Below are positions 39,076 to 47,627 of a stretch of 64,000 bases of DNA, in pieces. The stretch covers positions 64,001-128,000 of IMG/VR virus record IMGVR_UViG_3300042878_001826. One strand, written 5' to 3'. Position numbers and translations under genes: made by a program. Origin of the DNA: a virus. Numbering within the stretch: the stretch's first letter is position 1; each line of letters begins with the position of its first letter. Under the pieces are notes generated by a model. The model made no database searches. It was given only the letters and a program-made list of their open reading frames with translations, and was not told the origin of the DNA.

Positions 39076-39228
39076 TTATTTCTTCTTTAACAATTTTTTA
39101 AGCGATTTAAAAATATTTTTCTTTGCTTTTTTCTTTATCTTCTTTTTCTTTATCCTAAGGATTTCGTAACTTGATTCCAAGTTTCCGCTCATCACTTCCT
39201 TTGATATTATCTTTTCTTTTAATTCCAT
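39076..39228 (-). CDS. small Lys-rich protein (50 aa, not in ORF track)
   Basis: MELKEKII...RIKKKKIKKKAKKNIFKSLKKLLKKK. Confidence 0.5.
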   Translation of the reverse strand: MELKEKIISKEVMSGNLESSYEILRIKKKKIKKKAKKNIFKSLKKLLKKK

Positions 39229-39245
39229 ATCTTTTTATTTTATTT

Positions 39246-39413
39246 TTAATCCATTGAGTGCAGCACAAAATCCTTTATGTCACAGTTCACTATTGGCTTT
39301 CCGTCATGTCTAACTGGTATCGCCAATATTTCTTTTTTCCCGTTCTCTTTTTCGACGGTATGAAACATGTACAACTTGCCATCTTTCATATACTTGTAAA
39401 TAGTCATTTCCAT
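39246..39413 (-). CDS. small hypothetical protein downstream of the attenuator
   Basis: Likely start MEMTIY at 39413. Confidence 0.55.
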   Translation of the reverse strand: MEMTIYKYMKDGKLYMFHTVEKENGKKEILAIPVRHDGKPIVNCDIKDFVLHSMD

Positions 39414-39432
39414 ATCTTTATTTTTTAAAATC

Positions 39433-39464
39433 AAAAAACCCAGCCTTAATAAAGACTGGGTTTA
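39433..39464 (-). terminator. intrinsic terminator of the putative attenuator
   Basis: AAACCCAGTC-TTTATTAA-GGCTGGGTTTTTT on the minus strand. Confidence 0.8.
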
Positions 39465-39483
39465 AATATCGTTGAATACAATA

Positions 39484-39546
39484 TCATAAACTCAGTCGTT
39501 GACTGTTTTGTTCATGCAAAATCATTTTGTTATTAAATTCTCTCAT
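39484..39546 (-). CDS. putative 20-aa leader peptide MREFNNKMILHEQNSQRLSL
   Basis: Lies between the promoter boxes (39563-39577) and the terminator; its last codons are complementary to the terminator 5' arm. Confidence 0.55.
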   Translation of the reverse strand: MREFNNKMILHEQNSQRLSL

Positions 39547-39590
39547 TACTTTATTTCTTTTACAAAGATATATATTATTTTTCAATAAAC

Positions 39591-39694
39591 AAAAAACCCT
39601 CTCTTTAAAAGGAGAGGGTTTGGGCCAAATCTTTATTAAGATCTTTGTTTTCGGCTCCACCACCTTGTTTTATGACTACAAGGAAAACATACTC
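39591..39694 (-). ncRNA. candidate structured non-coding RNA
   Basis: No ORF beyond 4 codons; helices TGTTTTC/GAAAACA, CCTTGT/ACAAGG, GATCTT/AAGATT; ends in terminator AAACCCTCTC/GAGAGGGTTTTTT. Confidence 0.45.
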
Positions 39695-39722
39695 TTATAT
39701 AGTTAGCTATATAATAAGTTTA

Positions 39723-39893
39723 TTACTTAGCAACTTTTTCAGACTCAACTGAAGCAGCTCTGTAAGTAGTAACCAACTTTTTAATCTCTCCTAATGCTTT
39801 TCTTGCGTCAGCGTTAGATTTTTTAGTCGTTTTATTATGATTAGCATCAAATTGCTCCCATAATGTTTTCAAGTTCTCATAGATTTCTTGCAT
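39723..39893 (-). CDS. histone H1-like (Hc1-type) small nucleoid protein (56 aa, not in ORF track)
   Basis: MQEIYENLKTLWEQFDANHNKTTKKSNADARKALGEIKKLVTTYRAASVESEKVAK; ARK...E..KL...R..S pattern. Confidence 0.65.
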   Translation of the reverse strand: MQEIYENLKTLWEQFDANHNKTTKKSNADARKALGEIKKLVTTYRAASVESEKVAK

Positions 39894-39948
39894 AATTATT
39901 CATTTTTATTTTTTAGGGTTAAAGTACCCTTCGACTTTCTCTTACTAT

Positions 39949-41181
39949 CTATCCAAAAAGGTCTCCTGCGTCCGTAGCATCTGTGAAGCCATTTGTGTCA
40001 TCTTCTTCATCATCTTCTCCAACTATCTTGTTGAATTCGTTTTCTACCTCTTCGATCTCGTCTAATGACTTGAATCTAAAGTAGTCGTTTACAATCGGTG
40101 CCATTCTATCTAAGACGCCTGTTGTGAAAACCTCTTGTGAGAATAGTTGTTTTGTAGTAACTGATTTGTTTAGGTGTGATACATACCATCTGTTTCCTCC
40201 AGGTACAAAAGTCATTTCACCAGTAGCTTTGTTTACATCCATTTTACCCTTAGCAATACCAATCTGATCCATATACTCTGGTCTACAAAAAGCATCTAAT
40301 CCTGTATAAGGGTTCATACCATTTGCAAAAGAGATATCAAATCTAATTTTCTTTGGTTTGGCCATTCTGTTTTTTGCAGTTTTAAACAATACAGAGATTC
40401 CTGATTGACCTAAGTCCATATCATCTTCTTCACCTGTTTTCAATTTTGATTTAGACATAAAGCCGATTACTGATGCAGAGTATAACAAACCATTACCACC
40501 TTTTAATTTCTCTTGTGGAAAAAGGTCCATTGTTAGATAAGTGTGGTTACATACAATCATTGGAATATCTAAGTATCCTAAGTCTGTGTTGATTGAACGG
40601 AACATAGAACCTAATGCTTTTGCTTTAGTCATATCCTGTTTGATATCACCTTTCAATAAATCTGCCTTTTCTTTGTTACTTGCCATTTGACCTAAAGAGT
40701 CTAATACAATCATTAGTTTAGGCAGTTCAAATCCTGCAAGCTTTTGTTCTTTCAAATCATCTATCAACTGAGTCAATAACATGTTTACATCTTCTACTTT
40801 GTTAGATCTGATTAATCTGAACTTTTCCAAAGAGTTGTCGATTCCAAACTTTGGTAAGTCTTCTAAGTCAATCGCTTGTTCTGTATCGATATAGATTACC
40901 GAATATCCGGCTCTCTGTGCGTGCTTTGATACTGAATAAGCGATGAACGATTTACCTGCACCGGATTCTCCAGCGAATGCCGTGATTCTGTTTGATGCAA
41001 CTCCACCACCTAGCAATCTTCCTGATAGTGCGGCGTCTAATAAATAAACTCCTGTTGTGATGAATGTTTTTTCTTTAATTTCCTTTTCTATTAAGATTGG
41101 AATAGATTTAGCTATGTTGTCTAATATAGAACCAACTTTGCTGAATTCGAATTTCTTTCCTTCTTTTACTGCTTTTGCCAT
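39949..41181 (-). CDS. uvsX: RecA/UvsX family recombinase
   Basis: GESGAGKS Walker A; YIDTE; IVLDS; NHTY; GG.GL.Y.AS; KNR. Confidence 0.9.
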   Translation of the reverse strand: MAKAVKEGKKFEFSKVGSILDNIAKSIPILIEKEIKEKTFITTGVYLLDAALSGRLLGGGVASNRITAFAGESGAGKSFIAYSVSKHAQRAGYSVIYIDTEQAIDLEDLPKFGIDNSLEKFRLIRSNKVEDVNMLLTQLIDDLKEQKLAGFELPKLMIVLDSLGQMASNKEKADLLKGDIKQDMTKAKALGSMFRSINTDLGYLDIPMIVCNHTYLTMDLFPQEKLKGGNGLLYSASVIGFMSKSKLKTGEEDDMDLGQSGISVLFKTAKNRMAKPKKIRFDISFANGMNPYTGLDAFCRPEYMDQIGIAKGKMDVNKATGEMTFVPGGNRWYVSHLNKSVTTKQLFSQEVFTTGVLDRMAPIVNDYFRFKSLDEIEEVENEFNKIVGEDDEEDDTNGFTDATDAGDLFG

Positions 41182-41285
41182 CTTCTTAAATTATTTTTAT
41201 ACTTTATATATAAAGAAACTATACCTCCCTTTCAAGTTTTTTTAAAATAGTTCCGAAAGAGGGTGTGATTTTTTATATATACTAT

Positions 41286-41999
41286 ATGAAGAAGATGGAA
41301 TTTTTAGAGAAAGCAAGAGAAAGGCACGGATATAAATACACATATCCTACTTTAAACGAGAAAGTTATATTGTCCGATAAGATTGATATAGAATATAATG
41401 GTGTTGAATATCAACAAAGTGTTGTCAAGCATTTAATGGGTCGATGTCCAGAGAAGTCGTCTACACGTCAGTCTACAGAAGATTTTGTTGAAAGAGCAAT
41501 AAATGTTTGGGGCGACAAATATGACTACTCTTTGGTACAGTATAAAAACATGCTTACTCCGATAACGATATTATATAGAGGTATAAAGTATGAGCAACGC
41601 CCTTCTTCACATTTAGAGGGTATGGCACCTGAGTTTAGAAAGAACGAAGAATCCATAATAAGAGACTTGCTGGATCAAAGCGACTTCAAAGGCGAGAGGG
41701 AGATAAAGGACTTTCTTAGAAAGTTCAAGATAGACTTCAAGCAGAACCATATGTTGGATAAGATTGAGTTTGACTTTTATCTTCCTTCTATAAGAGTTTG
41801 TGTAGAGTTTGATGGTATCTATCATTTTCAGTCGATAGAAGAGCTGGGTGGCTTGAATACCTATGAGAAATCAAAGATTGATGAAAAGATAAAGTCTGAC
41901 TATTGTGAAGACAACTATATTGATTTGGTTAAGATAAGGTATGACCAGATAGACAATATCTATATGATTCTTTGGGAGTGCTTGAAGAATAAGATTTAA
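41286..41999 (+). CDS. putative homing endonuclease (DUF723-like repeats + PD-(D/E)xK/Vsr-like domain)
   Basis: F.E.A...G.KY.Y repeats; FDFYLP..CVEFDG.YHF; K..YC..N.I.L.KI.Y. Confidence 0.75.
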   Translation: MKKMEFLEKARERHGYKYTYPTLNEKVILSDKIDIEYNGVEYQQSVVKHLMGRCPEKSSTRQSTEDFVERAINVWGDKYDYSLVQYKNMLTPITILYRGIKYEQRPSSHLEGMAPEFRKNEESIIRDLLDQSDFKGEREIKDFLRKFKIDFKQNHMLDKIEFDFYLPSIRVCVEFDGIYHFQSIEELGGLNTYEKSKIDEKIKSDYCEDNYIDLVKIRYDQIDNIYMILWECLKNKI

Positions 42000-42442
42000 G
42001 ACTTTTTCACTTCGATTACAAAGTAGTCGAGACCTTTTATTCCATCTATTAAAGGCTGGTTAAAAGTGGTTTCTACTACATAGTCTGGATGTTCTTCTTT
42101 GAGCTTTTCCATATTTGCTTCAAGTTCATCTAAAAAAGCTGCAAATGCTTTGTTGTATTCTGTAAATTCTGATATGCTTCCTTTGAATCCGTCTGGTGTA
42201 TGCTCGATATTCAGCTGAGGACAGATAACAAATATGATTACGTTGGTAACATTTTTGGAAGTGGCGTCTCTGTCTTCTATCTGTTTCTTTGCACCAATAT
42301 CTGATACTTTATTCCAATATGATATCTCACCAAGTTCTTCGCCATCTTTCTTCTCTTCGACCATGTCGATAAAACAGAATTTGATATACTCGATATCTAA
42401 ACCTTCTTCTATGCTTTCGTTAAACCTCTTCAGATGCCTCAT
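41996..42442 (-). CDS. hypothetical protein with N-terminal MRHLKRFNE motif
   Basis: ORF track; motif. Confidence 0.7.
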   Translation of the reverse strand: MRHLKRFNESIEEGLDIEYIKFCFIDMVEEKKDGEELGEISYWNKVSDIGAKKQIEDRDATSKNVTNVIIFVICPQLNIEHTPDGFKGSISEFTEYNKAFAAFLDELEANMEKLKEEHPDYVVETTFNQPLIDGIKGLDYFVIEVKKS

Positions 42443-42456
42443 TCTCTTTATATTTT

Positions 42457-42912
42457 TTACAATCTATCCAATACGAATGCCTCTGGTCCGAATACCCAGT
42501 CAACACCTTCTTTGGTGCGAACTATTAAATTTGGTCGGATTAAGTTAGAAGATTCAACCCTTATAAAAGTTACCGGTTCGTCTAGGTTTATTTCATCTGT
42601 AAAAGATGGTGAATATTTCTTAATAAGATGGTTCTTATAGTGTTCCATGAATCTTAATTGATCTCCTTCTTTGACTTCATGAATTTTGTTATCACCTAAC
42701 ATAATTTCGGCAGATTCATTCATTTTCTTTTCGGATACTTCTTCTTCGCCTTCCTCACCTTCCTCGTTTGCTTCTTCCCATTCTTTTTGCATTCTTTCCT
42801 TCTCCTTTTCTTCATCAAGGTAGTTAGGTAGGATTATCTCTACAGGTGTTTCACTGTTCCATTTGTGTGCGAACTTCTTTGGGAAGTTTTTGTATGACTC
42901 TAAGTATTTCAT
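42457..42912 (-). CDS. acidic hypothetical protein (MKYLESYKNF start)
   Basis: ORF track; Glu-rich. Confidence 0.7.
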   Translation of the reverse strand: MKYLESYKNFPKKFAHKWNSETPVEIILPNYLDEEKEKERMQKEWEEANEEGEEGEEEVSEKKMNESAEIMLGDNKIHEVKEGDQLRFMEHYKNHLIKKYSPSFTDEINLDEPVTFIRVESSNLIRPNLIVRTKEGVDWVFGPEAFVLDRL

Positions 42913-42921
42913 TCTCTTTTA

Positions 42922-43272
42922 TTATTTGTTAAATCCGAAAAAACTTTTTATTTTAGATCCAAGTGTTGGCTTTTCTTCTTCAACTTCTTTTTCTTCTTCT
43001 TTTTTAGAATCTGTGCTTTGGTTTCTGTATTGGCCATAATCACCAGTTGCCCATCCTGTGCTACGGTAATAGTTTTCCTCTTCCTCTTCTGTCATTTTTT
43101 TAGCAGGAACTGCTTTAGGTGTAATAGTAGGTTGAGTTGATTGAGGATTTTTTGCTTTTCTTTCTGCTTCTATCTTTTGGATTTCTGCTTCGATTTCCTC
43201 TTCTGTTGCACCCGGGAAAGCGTTGGCTCTCCAGTCGTGGCTGTTTTCGTTAAATCTTTTTAAGTGTTTCAT
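42922..43272 (-). CDS. hypothetical protein with N-terminal MKHLKRFNE motif
   Basis: Likely start at 43272. Confidence 0.7.
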   Translation of the reverse strand: MKHLKRFNENSHDWRANAFPGATEEEIEAEIQKIEAERKAKNPQSTQPTITPKAVPAKKMTEEEEENYYRSTGWATGDYGQYRNQSTDSKKEEEKEVEEEKPTLGSKIKSFFGFNK

Positions 43273-43273
43273 A

Positions 43274-43594
43274 CTATCTAAATTTGTTTGGGTATATTGA
43301 TCTCCACTCATGTCCCTGTGGTACGTCTGATGCTCTTACACCAAAAACTTTCTTTTCAGGACTTACGTCTTTTCCGTCCATCAAAAAATTGTTGTTGCTT
43401 GCCCAGACTTCCATAGTTCTGTTGATTGGTTGACCGACAGAAAACGGAAATCTTATTCCCGTCTTGTTATCTATATTCGAGATTCTTCTATCAGGGGAAA
43501 TAGAAACGGTTATCAAAAGTCTTGGATTTCTCTGACTAATGAAAACTATTTCGTTTTTACCAAACTCTTCGTTGAATCTCTTTAAGTATTTCAT
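43274..43594 (-). CDS. hypothetical protein with N-terminal MKYLKRFNE motif
   Basis: ORF track; motif. Confidence 0.7.
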   Translation of the reverse strand: MKYLKRFNEEFGKNEIVFISQRNPRLLITVSISPDRRISNIDNKTGIRFPFSVGQPINRTMEVWASNNNFLMDGKDVSPEKKVFGVRASDVPQGHEWRSIYPNKFR

Positions 43595-44343
43595 TATTTG
43601 AAGTTGTTGAATCTTTTTAAAGAACGTCTTTCGTATTGTTGAGCATCTTCTTGACCTTCTTTTCCTTTACGTACAATGTTGGGGTTGATGTTAATTTTAT
43701 CATAGTTACTATCTGAAAATCCGATATAATTACCAAATTCGTCAAATCCTTCTTCGTCCACTTGAACTTGTCTTTCTTCTTCGTCTTCTTGCATTCTTTT
43801 TTTCCTCTGATTCTTGTCTAAGCCATCATAATTACCAAATTCGTCAAATCCTTCTTCGTCTTCTTGAATATCATTAAATTCAAAGAACTTTTTCAATCCT
43901 TCGAAGTGTTGATCTTCTTGACCTTCTTCTTCATCATCATAACCTAAGTCATCAGAACCGTCAGCTCTCATTGCACCGAAATCTTCGTCGTGCTCTGGAT
44001 CGTAGTTATCATCATCATCAGAGTAGTTCTCATCATCACCTTCACCTATTTTATTATTACTTAAAAGTGTGTCAAATATTTCTATACCATCAACACCTTC
44101 TGATCTAAGTTTGTGATAGAATTCCATAACTTCTTGGTTAGATGGTTCATTATCACCAAATTCTTCTTCGAATCTAGCTAAAACGTCTACTGGTTCTTCG
44201 TCATTTTGAGAATATTGAGCATCATGTGTATCATGTTCGTCTTGGGCATCTCTATCTGCATAGATTTGGTCGTTGTTCATTTGATCCATTTCTTCATCAG
44301 CAGCAAGGCCATCAAAGTTTTCGAATTTTTTAAGATTTCTCAT
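43594..44343 (-). CDS. very acidic low-complexity protein (possible scaffold or internal head protein)
   Basis: D/E-rich; LKKFENF, LKKFFEF and LKRFNNF; duplicated DEEGFDEFGNY; TAATATATA box at 44373. Confidence 0.7.
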   Translation of the reverse strand: MRNLKKFENFDGLAADEEMDQMNNDQIYADRDAQDEHDTHDAQYSQNDEEPVDVLARFEEEFGDNEPSNQEVMEFYHKLRSEGVDGIEIFDTLLSNNKIGEGDDENYSDDDDNYDPEHDEDFGAMRADGSDDLGYDDEEEGQEDQHFEGLKKFFEFNDIQEDEEGFDEFGNYDGLDKNQRKKRMQEDEEERQVQVDEEGFDEFGNYIGFSDSNYDKININPNIVRKGKEGQEDAQQYERRSLKRFNNFK

Positions 44344-44383
44344 ATTTCTTTTTTGTTTTTTTTCTTATATACTATATATTAAT

Positions 44384-45253
44384 TTATAAAACCGATAAAT
44401 ATCTCTCGCCTCTATCACATAGTATTGTTATCACATCTCCTTCCATTTCAGGATATTTTTCTAAAAGTCTTTCAGCTGCCAATATATTTGCACCCGAGCT
44501 GATTCCCACAAATAAACCATTCTCACTAGCAAGTCTTTTTGCTCTATCTATTGCATCCTGTGTTGAAATAACCATTATGTCATCTACCAGATTCAAATCT
44601 ACTAAAAACTTACTACCATCACCAATCCCTTGTATTCCATGAAGACCTGGTTTACCACCACTCATTACCGGAGATTCTGCAGGTTCTACAGCAACCGTTT
44701 TCATAAAAGGATGATGCATCTTTAGTAGCATTGAAGTTCCCATTAAAGTGCCGCCGGTTCCTGTTCCTGAAACAAACGCGGCAATTCTGTTTGTATGTTG
44801 ATGTAGTATTTCTGGTGCTGTTGTTTCGTAGTGTGCTTTCGCGTTTAGTGGGTTTGAAAATTGTCTAGGATTGAAATAACCATTCTCTTCGGCCATTTTA
44901 TCTCTTAAAGCAATTGCATCATCAAATCTTCCATCTTCTACTTCAATAAGTTCTGCTCCGTATATCTTTAGTATCTTTTTTCTTTCTTCACTCATGTTCT
45001 TTGGCATGACTATGATTACTTTGTAACCTCTTTCTGCACCAAGCATAGCAAATGCTATTCCAGAGTTTCCCGAAGTGGCTTCTATCAATGTATCTCCTTT
45101 CTTTATAAGTCCTTGTTTTTCGGCATCATCTATTATATAGACTGCCATTCTGTCTTTTAAAGATCCGCTTGGGTTGTGTCCTTCGAATTTTGCAAATATT
45201 CTTTCTGATATTTTTACCAGCGGTGTCTGTCCGACGTTTTTAGAGAATTTCAT
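44384..45253 (-). CDS. cysK: cysteine synthase (O-acetylserine sulfhydrylase)
   Basis: GQTPLV; NPSGSLKDR; EATSGNSG; QFSNP; GTGTGGT; HGIQGIG; GISSGAN; DRGERYLS; likely start at 45253. Confidence 0.93.
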   Translation of the reverse strand: MKFSKNVGQTPLVKISERIFAKFEGHNPSGSLKDRMAVYIIDDAEKQGLIKKGDTLIEATSGNSGIAFAMLGAERGYKVIIVMPKNMSEERKKILKIYGAELIEVEDGRFDDAIALRDKMAEENGYFNPRQFSNPLNAKAHYETTAPEILHQHTNRIAAFVSGTGTGGTLMGTSMLLKMHHPFMKTVAVEPAESPVMSGGKPGLHGIQGIGDGSKFLVDLNLVDDIMVISTQDAIDRAKRLASENGLFVGISSGANILAAERLLEKYPEMEGDVITILCDRGERYLSVL

Positions 45254-45301
45254 TAAATACTTTTTTTTGTTTATATATTTGTCGGTGTCAGTTGTGTTTC
45301 G

Positions 45302-45309
45302 TATATTTG
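45302..45309 (+). promoter_or_regulatory. Bacteroidota-type -7 promoter box (TATATTTG) heading the long early operon
   Basis: One of at least 14 TA[TC/TA]TTTG boxes found just upstream of operon starts. Confidence 0.7.
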
Positions 45310-45323
45310 TAAAAAATAAAAGC

Positions 45324-45599
45324 ATGACTAGAATATTTAGATTCGACGAGTTCAACAAAATAGAGTCCACAATCTTTAGATTGAAGACTATCGAAAGAAC
45401 TGATGAAGAAGTTTGTTATACAGGAACATTGACAATAAACGGTGAAAAGATAGTAGGTCAAATATTCTGTGAAAAAAACGGAGATTTAGAGTGCTTTCAG
45501 TTCTATGATAAGAATGGTAAAGATATATGTGACACATACGGACAAAGTATAGTCGAGTCAATAATAAAAGAAAAAATAAAAAGATTAAAAAGAAAATGA
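45324..45599 (+). CDS. hypothetical protein
   Basis: Likely start MTRIF at 45324, behind the TATATTTG box at 45302. Confidence 0.6.
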   Translation: MTRIFRFDEFNKIESTIFRLKTIERTDEEVCYTGTLTINGEKIVGQIFCEKNGDLECFQFYDKNGKDICDTYGQSIVESIIKEKIKRLKRK

Positions 45600-46204
45600 A
45601 ATACGAAAAACAAAACATATTCTTCATAAGTGATTTACACCTCTTTCATAAGAACGTGATAAAATTCGACAACAGACCATTTGTGGATGTTGAAGAAATG
45701 CACGTTGAAATGATTAAAAGGTGGAACAACGTTGTTGGGGAAAACGACATCGTCTACAACTTAGGAGACCTTTCTTTTGGAAGAAGTGATGGGACCAAAT
45801 GGTTTGTACACTCTCTGAAAGGAAAGATTATACATATTATGGGAAACCATGATAAGATGAAAGACATCATTGCAGTTGATAGAATGGATGGAGTCCACGA
45901 ATACGGAACTGAAATCTGGGTAAAAGATGAAGACAACGAAGGATTGAGAGGTTGCAACGGATACCAGCAAATCATAATGAGTCATTATCCAATCTTTTCT
46001 TGGAACAGAAGCCACTATGGATCTTGGCATCTTCACGGACACACTCACGGATCTTTAATGGCTACTCAACAAGAGTACTACAAAAGAAAAGTAATGGATG
46101 TTGGATGTCCTTGTATAGACTACACACCAATCTCATACGAGCAGGTGAAAGCAGAAATGAAGAAAAAGAAAGTAGGAGTAGTTGATCATCACGGAGAAAA
46201 ATAA
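45596..46204 (+). CDS. calcineurin-like metallophosphoesterase
   Basis: SDLH; LGD; GNHD; SHYP; HGHTH; DVG. Confidence 0.9.
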   Translation: MKYEKQNIFFISDLHLFHKNVIKFDNRPFVDVEEMHVEMIKRWNNVVGENDIVYNLGDLSFGRSDGTKWFVHSLKGKIIHIMGNHDKMKDIIAVDRMDGVHEYGTEIWVKDEDNEGLRGCNGYQQIIMSHYPIFSWNRSHYGSWHLHGHTHGSLMATQQEYYKRKVMDVGCPCIDYTPISYEQVKAEMKKKKVGVVDHHGEK

Positions 46205-46208
46205 AGAT

Positions 46209-46541
46209 ATGACAGAAAGATGGGATTGTATGGCAGTTGTTTGTATCGAACCAATCGAAGGACTTCGTGTTGGCTCTACATATAAAGTAAAAGGACAAGG
46301 TAATCTAGAATACAACGCAGCGACTGATAAGAAAGGTTGGGGATTGTGTTTAGAAGATGATTGGGTTGGTTGCTTTGATGAAAACAACAATCCTATTAAA
46401 GATTCATGGAAACGAAAATATGAGGATAGAACCAGATGGGTCTATATGACATTGGATGAATTAGAAAGACACTTCATAACAGACGATGAAAACTATGAGA
46501 TATACAGAAGAGACGAAAGATTAAAATCATTAGGAATATGA
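46209..46541 (+). CDS. hypothetical protein ending RRDERLKSLGI
   Basis: Likely start at 46209; motif. Confidence 0.7.
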   Translation: MTERWDCMAVVCIEPIEGLRVGSTYKVKGQGNLEYNAATDKKGWGLCLEDDWVGCFDENNNPIKDSWKRKYEDRTRWVYMTLDELERHFITDDENYEIYRRDERLKSLGI

Positions 46542-46915
46542 AATATAAAGACAACAACTTTTCGAAGTTCCAGGATCGTCAGAGAGATGGTGAGGTTGGA
46601 TATTACTCTTCTTCAAAGTCTGATAGACAGGTAAGAAGAGAGCAAGAACATCGTCTTTCTCTTTTCTATTCAAAGTATCTTTCTAAAAAAGTAGAAAAGG
46701 ATTGGTGGTTGTGTCTAAGTTTCGACGACAAGCAGAGATTAGAGACATCATACTATAATCAAGAGCAGATGATGGAAGAGAAAGATCGAATGAGTATGTG
46801 GTCTAACTTTGAGTTCTTCGATACTTGGAAAGAATGGTTTGAACATATCGCTGATGAATACAAACCAGACAGGATAAAATATAGAGAAAGTAAGTTGAAA
46901 AAACTGGGTATATGA
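46538..46915 (+). CDS. hypothetical protein ending RESKLKKLGI
   Basis: ATGA-coupled ORF; motif. Confidence 0.7.
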   Translation: MKYKDNNFSKFQDRQRDGEVGYYSSSKSDRQVRREQEHRLSLFYSKYLSKKVEKDWWLCLSFDDKQRLETSYYNQEQMMEEKDRMSMWSNFEFFDTWKEWFEHIADEYKPDRIKYRESKLKKLGI

Positions 46916-47190
46916 ATTTTTTTTTGATTAAAGATGGTGGAAAGTATTATCTTTGCTTAAAAGACGAACTTATAAAATGTGTGATGAAAGGAAGACTGAC
47001 ACCTCCGACTTTCTTCCGTCTTGAAAAGAGAATGTTCTCAACTCGTTTGGAATTTGACAAAACACACTCTATTATAAAAAAGGAACTATCTGAACTTGTT
47101 TGGACTCTGAAAGAAGGCGAAGACTATTCTTATGACGAAGTAATACTACCATTACTTAGAGAAGCTAAGTTAAAAAATATAGGACTATGA
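46912..47190 (+). CDS. hypothetical protein ending REAKLKNIGL
   Basis: ATGA-coupled ORF; motif. Confidence 0.7.
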   Translation: MNFFLIKDGGKYYLCLKDELIKCVMKGRLTPPTFFRLEKRMFSTRLEFDKTHSIIKKELSELVWTLKEGEDYSYDEVILPLLREAKLKNIGL

Positions 47191-47627
47191 ACGCAGATGA
47201 AATAAAATCATTGCTTGAAGAAGTGTTCTTCGAAGAGGAATACAAGATTTGTGATTTAGACTATGTAAAGTATGAACATAAACTGAAAAGAATATTTGTA
47301 AAATGTTATTCAGAGAAGTTGAATAATCATATGTCTATGTTAGTGATAGACAACTACATCATAGGAACTACGATAGTAGAAGATGTGTGGCAGATTACAT
47401 GGACGCTTCCAAAGCAGAACTATTATATGAACATACCTGGAACAAGCACGAAGAGAAACCCAAGAGATGTTGGTGATCCAAAGTCATTTCTGATGCTGTC
47501 GAAGGAGAAGTTGAAAGACGTAATCTTGATAAACGAAATGAATCGAAGATTGATGGAGGATATGGGTAGAATGAAGGATGAACCAACGACCATTGTAAGA
47601 GACTTTAAACTAAAAAAAATATTATGA
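47187..47627 (+). CDS. hypothetical protein ending RDFKLKKIL
   Basis: ATGA-coupled ORF; motif. Confidence 0.7.
   Translation: MNADEIKSLLEEVFFEEEYKICDLDYVKYEHKLKRIFVKCYSEKLNNHMSMLVIDNYIIGTTIVEDVWQITWTLPKQNYYMNIPGTSTKRNPRDVGDPKSFLMLSKEKLKDVILINEMNRRLMEDMGRMKDEPTTIVRDFKLKKIL

Noticed and set aside
39620-39670. SAM-I riboswitch resemblance (GGTGGAG...TGGCCC)
   Set aside because: Lacks the AUC start, the GCAACC/GGUGC core and P1 closure; kept only as an unknown RNA candidate
41286-41999. Intron or intein associated with the homing-endonuclease-like gene
   Set aside because: The gene is free-standing and divergent from an uninterrupted uvsX, with no split host gene visible
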